From contig CANFST010000003.1 of the NCBI GenBank assembly GCA_947449695.1, positions 3,248 to 67,247 of the forward strand: 64,000 nucleotides of DNA, written 5' to 3'. This DNA is from Chitinophagales bacterium (GTDB lineage Bacteria; Bacteroidota; Bacteroidia; Chitinophagales; CAIODY01). A program made the position numbers and the translations under genes. How positions within the stretch are numbered: the stretch's first letter is position 1; each line of letters starts with the position of its first letter. The notes below the pieces were generated by a model that was not told the origin of the DNA, did no database searches, and worked only from the letters and a program-made list of their open reading frames with translations. Below are positions 59,207 through 64,000 of the stretch, piece by piece.

Positions 59207-60691
59207 ATGAATTCAAAAAAAATCAATCCATATTATTTTGCAGGAGTAGTATTTGGTGTCATATTAATCTTCATTCAGTTTTTTTTTAATCGTAGTTTAT
59301 GGTTAGATGAATCGCAATTAGGCTTGAACATTTTAAACAGAAATTATGCTCAGCTGTTGCAACCCTTAGATTATAATCAGGCTGCTCCCATTGGTTTTCT
59401 GTTGATTGAGAAAACACTGCTGCTTGTTTTTGGTAATTCAGAAATGGCTTTACGACTATTACCATTAATCAGTTTTTTAGTTGCCATTCCTGTTTTATTT
59501 GCAGTAGCGAAAAAATTATTTGCCGACGAATTGTTGGCCGTGGCTGTTATTACAGCATTTTGTTTCACCTATTCGGTATTTTATTATGCCAATGAAACCA
59601 AACAATACATGGTAGATGTAGCAATGGGATTAACAATTATCTACGCCACCTTACATTTTAATTTTTCAAATAAAAAACACTATTTTCTATATGCTTTGCT
59701 GGGCTGCATGGCTATTGTTTTATCCAATATTTCAATCATTACTTTAAGTTGTAGCGGATTATTTGTTTTTTATCATCAGGTAGTGAAAAATAAAAAATGG
59801 CAATTATTTTTTTGCTGGGCTGCCTGGGCAATTGTTTTTGGCAGCTATTATTTTCTTTTTGTGAAAGGGCATCCGGTGCAAGCTTATATGCTGCATTTCT
59901 GGCGCAGAGCATTTATGCCACTAAATCCGCTTTCGACAGATTTTTTTGATTTTGTAGTCAAAACTACCACAGAAACTTTTGGATTATTATTTGGCTTAAA
60001 CAAATTATTTTTTATTCCGTTTGGCTTTTATTTAATTGGGATTGTTGCAGCCATACAACAAAAAAAATGGCAATTGCTTTATTTTGTTTTGTGCCCTGTT
60101 TTATTGCATTTAATTATTTCAGCAGGCAAGTTTTATCCATTTTCGGGCAGATTAATTCTGTATTTAGTTCCTGCCTTTTTAATCACCATTATCGGCGGAT
60201 TAGATTTTTTAGTACGCTGGCTTGGCAAAAAAATATTTTTAGTAAAAAAAGAATTCATTTTCATTCCTATCGTTTTTCTGCCATTTACCTATTTATTGGC
60301 ATATCCGCTTACCAGAGAAGAGATACGCCCAGCCACAGCCTATTTGCAGGCGCATCAAAAAACTGACGATTTAATTTTTATTTATCACTGGGCTTATGAT
60401 CCTTTTGATTTTTATAACCGAGCCAATCATTTCAATTTCACCAATACCACAATTATTGGTGACAGAAATACAGAACACCCTGAAAAGTATGACAGTGTTT
60501 TACAATCGTTAAATGGCAGAGTATGGTTGCTGTTTTCATCACTTAATTTAAGTGCCGATTGCAACGAAGAAAAATATACTATTCATTATCTGCAACATCA
60601 TGAGGCAACCATTTTAAATACTCAGAAATTTAAGGGTGCCACCTTGTATTTACTTCAAACAACCAGCCATCAGAGCGCTAATTCCAGATAA
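59207..60691 (+). CDS. GT-C fold membrane glycosyltransferase (ArnT/PMT_2-like)
   Basis: It has about 11 TM helices. The first loop is RSLWLDESQLG, with an acidic pair. The C-terminal domain of about 110 aa is soluble. Confidence 0.5.
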   Translation: MNSKKINPYYFAGVVFGVILIFIQFFFNRSLWLDESQLGLNILNRNYAQLLQPLDYNQAAPIGFLLIEKTLLLVFGNSEMALRLLPLISFLVAIPVLFAVAKKLFADELLAVAVITAFCFTYSVFYYANETKQYMVDVAMGLTIIYATLHFNFSNKKHYFLYALLGCMAIVLSNISIITLSCSGLFVFYHQVVKNKKWQLFFCWAAWAIVFGSYYFLFVKGHPVQAYMLHFWRRAFMPLNPLSTDFFDFVVKTTTETFGLLFGLNKLFFIPFGFYLIGIVAAIQQKKWQLLYFVLCPVLLHLIISAGKFYPFSGRLILYLVPAFLITIIGGLDFLVRWLGKKIFLVKKEFIFIPIVFLPFTYLLAYPLTREEIRPATAYLQAHQKTDDLIFIYHWAYDPFDFYNRANHFNFTNTTIIGDRNTEHPEKYDSVLQSLNGRVWLLFSSLNLSADCNEEKYTIHYLQHHEATILNTQKFKGATLYLLQTTSHQSANSR

Positions 60692-60914
60692 TTTTACTTA
60701 AAGAAAGTGGGTAGGTAGAATGGCTTAATTTTGTATTTGCCATATATAGCATTTGCCTGCATCTTTGTATCGCAATCAAACAAATTTAAAACTATGAAAA
60801 CTAAATTTTATGATTGAACACAGTTTTTAGTTGCTCCTTTTTTTCCTGTTGTTTATAATCTTTTTGGTAGAGAATTTTATAAACAGAAAAACTAAGAAAA
60901 CTATTTCGACAAAG

Positions 60915-60956
60915 AAAAGCTATTTGGGATAACCTCCAAGTAGCTTTTTTATTTTT
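60915..60956 (+). terminator. Orphan terminator-like hairpin 225 nt after the GT-C stop and 28 nt before the SET start
   Basis: AAAAGCTATTTGG (60915-60927) pairs with CCAAGTAGCTTTT (60936-60948), 13 bp including one G-U pair. TTATTTTT follows. Confidence 0.5.
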
Positions 60957-60958
60957 AC

Positions 60959-60966
60959 TACTTTTG
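60959..60966 (+). promoter_or_regulatory. -7 box TACTTTTG for the SET-domain gene
   Basis: It fits TAnnTTTG and lies 18 nt upstream of ATG 60984. Confidence 0.4.
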
Positions 60967-60983
60967 GTTTCGATTTTAACTGC

Positions 60984-61367
60984 ATGATAAATCACAATTT
61001 GTTTATTCAAACTACTGCTGATAAAGGTAAAGGTGTTTTTACCAGCCACCATTTAGTCGAAGGTGAAGTGATAGAAATTGCCCCCATGCTGGTTTTACCA
61101 AGTACTGACAAAGTACTTATTGATAAAACCCATTTGTATAATTATTATTTTTTATGGGGTGATAATAATGAACAGATTGCTATTGCATTAGGCTATGGCA
61201 GTATTTACAACCACAGCTATAACCCGAATGTGGCATATAAAATGGATTTTAATATCGAAACCATCACCTTTGTTGCCTGGAAAAACATTAACCCTGGCGA
61301 TGAACTAGTTATTAATTATAATGGTGATGAAGATGACCAGACAATGCTTTGGTTTGATGTGGTATAA
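60984..61367 (+). CDS. Minimal SET-domain protein (putative protein-lysine methyltransferase)
   Basis: GKGVF (GxG), GSIYNHSYNPN (the NHS/xPN motif) and GDELVINY (ELxxxY) are present. The protein is 127 aa. Confidence 0.75.
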   Translation: MINHNLFIQTTADKGKGVFTSHHLVEGEVIEIAPMLVLPSTDKVLIDKTHLYNYYFLWGDNNEQIAIALGYGSIYNHSYNPNVAYKMDFNIETITFVAWKNINPGDELVINYNGDEDDQTMLWFDVV

Positions 61368-61440
61368 AACAATAAACCGCAGATTCGGAGCTATCCATTT
61401 CTTAATTTAGTTTATTTAAGCTCAACGAACTTTTTGCTTT

Positions 61441-61710
61441 TTAAGCCGTTGGCTGTGGTGCTTGCATCGCCATCAAGCGTTGCACTTTTTTGCGATGGCG
61501 CCACCAGATTACACCGCCTATCATTAATAAAAAATAAGGCCCTAACAATAAATACAAGATGCCTGCATTTAAACCTTTGGCTGTGGTGTTGCCTTCTTTC
61601 AATGAAGTTCGTGCAGCTTCGCCACACATAGGGCATTGCGCATTTACAACTGAAAAAAACAAGGTTGCAAAAACTACAAATGCGATGGTAAAAAATATTT
61701 TCTTGTTCAT
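61441..61710 (-). CDS. Small membrane-anchored CxxC protein
   Basis: The signal peptide MNKKIFFTIAFVVFATLFFSVVNA is followed by QCPMCGEAARTS. A TM helix (ILYLLLGPYFLLMIGGVIWW) and a basic tail follow. The gene starts 7 nt after the purE stop. Confidence 0.6.
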   Translation of the reverse strand: MNKKIFFTIAFVVFATLFFSVVNAQCPMCGEAARTSLKEGNTTAKGLNAGILYLLLGPYFLLMIGGVIWWRHRKKVQRLMAMQAPQPTA

Positions 61711-61717
61711 TCTTAAT

Positions 61718-62236
61718 TTATTTTTTCGGTGGAAAATTTTTGACTTTCATCATCACTTCATCGTTCAATGATTTTTTATAGTCGAGCATTTTTTTCATCA
61801 GCTTTTCATCGCTCGTTGCTAAAATTTGCATGGCTAATATTCCGGCATTCTTTGCAGCATTCAACGCAACTGTGGCAACCGGAACGCCATTCGGCATTTG
61901 TAAAATGGATAACATCGAATCCCAACCATCAATTGAATTGCTTGATTTTACCGGAACTCCGATGACAGGTAATGGTGTTAAACTGGCAACCATCCCAGGC
62001 AAATGTGCTGCACCACCTGCGCCTGCAATGATGACTTTTAATCCTCTTTTGTGTGCCTCAGTGGCATAATCCATCATGCGTTGAGGTGTACGATGTGCTG
62101 ATACAATCGTGCATTCATGCGCAATATTTTGCGATTTCAAAAAATCTGATGCGGCTTGCATCACATTCCAATCACTATCTGAGCCCATGATGATGCCCAC
62201 TAAAGGCTTTTCACTATTAAGTTTTGTTTTACCCAT
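61718..62236 (-). CDS. purE: N5-carboxyaminoimidazole ribonucleotide mutase
   Basis: VGIIMGSDSDW and AGGAAHLPGMVA are present. Confidence 0.93.
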   Translation of the reverse strand: MGKTKLNSEKPLVGIIMGSDSDWNVMQAASDFLKSQNIAHECTIVSAHRTPQRMMDYATEAHKRGLKVIIAGAGGAAHLPGMVASLTPLPVIGVPVKSSNSIDGWDSMLSILQMPNGVPVATVALNAAKNAGILAMQILATSDEKLMKKMLDYKKSLNDEVMMKVKNFPPKK

Positions 62237-63354
62237 TCGGCTGTTTTTTTAGCATGATTAATATCGTTGTGCAAAACAGTTACATGCCCCATTTTGCGAA
62301 ACGGTTTTGTTTTTTTCTTTCCGTAAATATGAATTTTTACACCTTCTTTTTGCAAACACTTTTCCATGCCTTCATAATAGACATCGCCTTCAAACCCTTG
62401 CGCACCCAACAAATTCACCATAGCTGATGGCATTTTAATTTTTGTACTTCCTAAAGGCAAATTCAAAATGCCACGAAGATGTTGCTCATATTGCGAAGTG
62501 ATACTGCTTTCAATAGTTTGATGTCCGCTGTTGTGTGGTCGTGGAGCAACTTCATTAATCAGCAGTTGATTTTTTTCATCCACAAAAAATTCAACCGCCA
62601 ACAAACCACAAATATTGAATTTGGTTATTAATGCAGTTGCAATTTCTGCCGCTTTGTATTCTAATGCCGCTTCAATTTGAGCTGGAAACAGTAGTAAATC
62701 CAGCATGTTTGCGCCAGCATGAAAATCCATTTCAACCGATGGGAAACATTTCACTTCGCCATTTTCATTTCGGGCAGCAATGACTGCAATTTCTTTTTTC
62801 AGCGCCACTTTTCTTTCCATCACACAAGGCACATCCATTAAATTTTCTGCTTCATTTTTTGATGAACAAACAAAAACACCTTTGCCATCGTAACCTGCTT
62901 TGCGGCTTTTTTGCACGGCTTGAAAATTCCATTTTTCTGCAACTGCTAAAGCTTCATTTTTATTTTCACACAACACAAATTCTGCCGTAGGAAAATTATT
63001 TTGTAGATAAAATAATTTCTGTAAACCTTTATCCTGTATAGTTTCTAAAGCAATTGGATTCGGATGAACTTTTACACCTTCAGCACTTAATTTTTTCAGA
63101 GCCTCCACATTCACATGCTCAATTTCAATAGTCAGCACATCGCAATTTTTACCGAAATCATACACCGTTTTAAAATCCTGCAAACTACCTTGAACAAATT
63201 CATTGCATAAATTTTTGCAAGCAGAATCAGCACTTGGTTCTAAAACTTTGGTATGAATATCCCAGGTATTGGTGCATTGCAGCAACATTTTACCCAATTG
63301 CCCACCACCGAGAATGCCTAATTTTTTTGAAGAAGAAAAGAAAGATGTGTTCAT
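62200..63354 (-). CDS. purK: N5-carboxyaminoimidazole ribonucleotide synthase (ATP-grasp)
   Basis: The N-terminus is LGILGGGQLGKM, followed by an ATP-grasp core. It ends RKMGHVTVL and overlaps purE by 37 nt. Confidence 0.9.
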   Translation of the reverse strand: MNTSFFSSSKKLGILGGGQLGKMLLQCTNTWDIHTKVLEPSADSACKNLCNEFVQGSLQDFKTVYDFGKNCDVLTIEIEHVNVEALKKLSAEGVKVHPNPIALETIQDKGLQKLFYLQNNFPTAEFVLCENKNEALAVAEKWNFQAVQKSRKAGYDGKGVFVCSSKNEAENLMDVPCVMERKVALKKEIAVIAARNENGEVKCFPSVEMDFHAGANMLDLLLFPAQIEAALEYKAAEIATALITKFNICGLLAVEFFVDEKNQLLINEVAPRPHNSGHQTIESSITSQYEQHLRGILNLPLGSTKIKMPSAMVNLLGAQGFEGDVYYEGMEKCLQKEGVKIHIYGKKKTKPFRKMGHVTVLHNDINHAKKTAEWVKQNLIVKSL

Positions 63355-63414
63355 GAAATTTGAACAGCAAATTTAGAAATTAATCAGCATATTCGCATTT
63401 TAAAATCAAACACT

Positions 63415-63915
63415 ATGCGTTGGCACCCGACTTCCTATCACGAATTCATTCAGCAAAAATTTCTGAATGACAATAATTTATCGAAAACCCTTTTCCTGTG
63501 GCGGTTTAAGAGCAACCCGATTGTTTTTACCAATGGTTGTTTTGATTTGTTGCATGATGGTCATTTGGAATTATTAATCAAAGCCAAACAATTACATGGC
63601 AAATTAATTGTGGGCATTAACAATGATGCTTCAGTAAAAAGATTAAAAGGAGAAAGCAGGCCGATAAAAAATCAAAACTCAAGATTATTGCAGTTAGCAG
63701 CTTTGCAAATGGTAGATGGTGTAATTTTATTTGAAGAAGATACACCACTTGATCTGATTAAAAAAATTGAACCCGATATTTTAGTAAAAGGTGGCGATTA
63801 TCAAATTGAAACCATCGTTGGTGCAAAAGAAGTGATGGCAAATGGTGGAAGAGTGGAAGTGATTCCGCTTGTTGAAGGATTTTCCACTACTAACTTGATT
63901 CAAAAAATGAAATAA
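63415..63915 (+). CDS. rfaE2: D-glycero-beta-D-manno-heptose 1-phosphate adenylyltransferase-like cytidylyltransferase
   Basis: The HxGH nucleotidyltransferase motif is TNGCFDLLHDGHLELL. The size is 166 aa. Confidence 0.75.
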   Translation: MRWHPTSYHEFIQQKFLNDNNLSKTLFLWRFKSNPIVFTNGCFDLLHDGHLELLIKAKQLHGKLIVGINNDASVKRLKGESRPIKNQNSRLLQLAALQMVDGVILFEEDTPLDLIKKIEPDILVKGGDYQIETIVGAKEVMANGGRVEVIPLVEGFSTTNLIQKMK

Positions 63916-64000
63916 ATTTTTCCAATTTCATTCAATATATTCGCAAATTAATTTTACACCCTTTTCTACCTGACCTAATTATGAAGTTTAATAAACTTGT

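Noticed and set aside
60801-61052. An 83-aa minus-strand ORF spanning the SET gene start
   Set aside because: It overlaps the SET start and the terminator and promoter signals. Its Lys/Ser-rich composition is unconvincing and it has no start context.
61449-61588. A 12-mer, ttggctgtggtg, repeated 128 bp apart inside the small CxxC gene
   Set aside because: Both copies lie within one coding frame, encoding TTAKG and PQPTA. The match is short and most simply coincidental, and no structure or element boundary is associated with it.
62200-62236. The 37-nt overlap of purK and purE as a possible recoding site
   Set aside because: The overlap is explained by ordinary translational coupling. The purE N-terminus (KPLVGIIMGSDSDW) is intact, and nothing suggests frameshifting.
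63981-64000. An ATG (MKFNKL...) at the extreme right edge of the window
   Set aside because: Only 20 nt are visible, too little to call a gene.

Overview
This is a low-GC, densely coding chromosomal segment that looks like Bacteroidota. The pointers are a T9SS type-B C-terminal sorting domain, a propeller/Y_Y_Y hybrid sensor kinase, TAnnTTTG -7 boxes, and GTCATYCTGAG-type intergenic repeats. I count about 53 protein genes and saw no rRNA, tRNA, CRISPR array, transposase or integrase. Most genes are housekeeping: pyrR (partial), rplM-rpsI-rpsB-tsf, an RsmB-like methyltransferase, fumC, holA, trmB, upp, cdsA, lpxH, fbp, carB, aroE, topA, purK-purE and an rfaE2-like gene. Envelope and polysaccharide genes include a WbaP-like priming transferase, a Wza/Wzz-like pair, an MraY-family transferase with a DUF1972-type GT, a TIGR00661-like GT and a GT-C. 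The window also holds a hybrid kinase with a separate Hpt protein, a 1044-aa tandem amidohydrolase and an M16 peptidase. The best candidate for something undescribed is the 46.8-52.0 kb interval. There, a divergently transcribed helical regulator-like gene faces a three-gene operon: a secreted MORN-variant repeat protein, a stand-alone beta/gamma-crystallin, and a Thr/Ala-rich 331-aa orphan. The operon ends in a strong terminator, followed by about 385 nt of G-poor, repeat-bearing non-coding DNA between two convergent genes. Smaller oddities are a 113-aa K-channel-like protein with a non-canonical filter co-transcribed with fbp, a mini SET-domain protein, a deoxyhypusine-synthase homologue, a sugar transferase with no canonical start codon for its N-terminal helix, and an orphan terminator suggesting a small RNA. 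All product calls come from motif recognition by eye on the supplied translations. No database search or folding program was run, so family names are hypotheses with the stated confidence.
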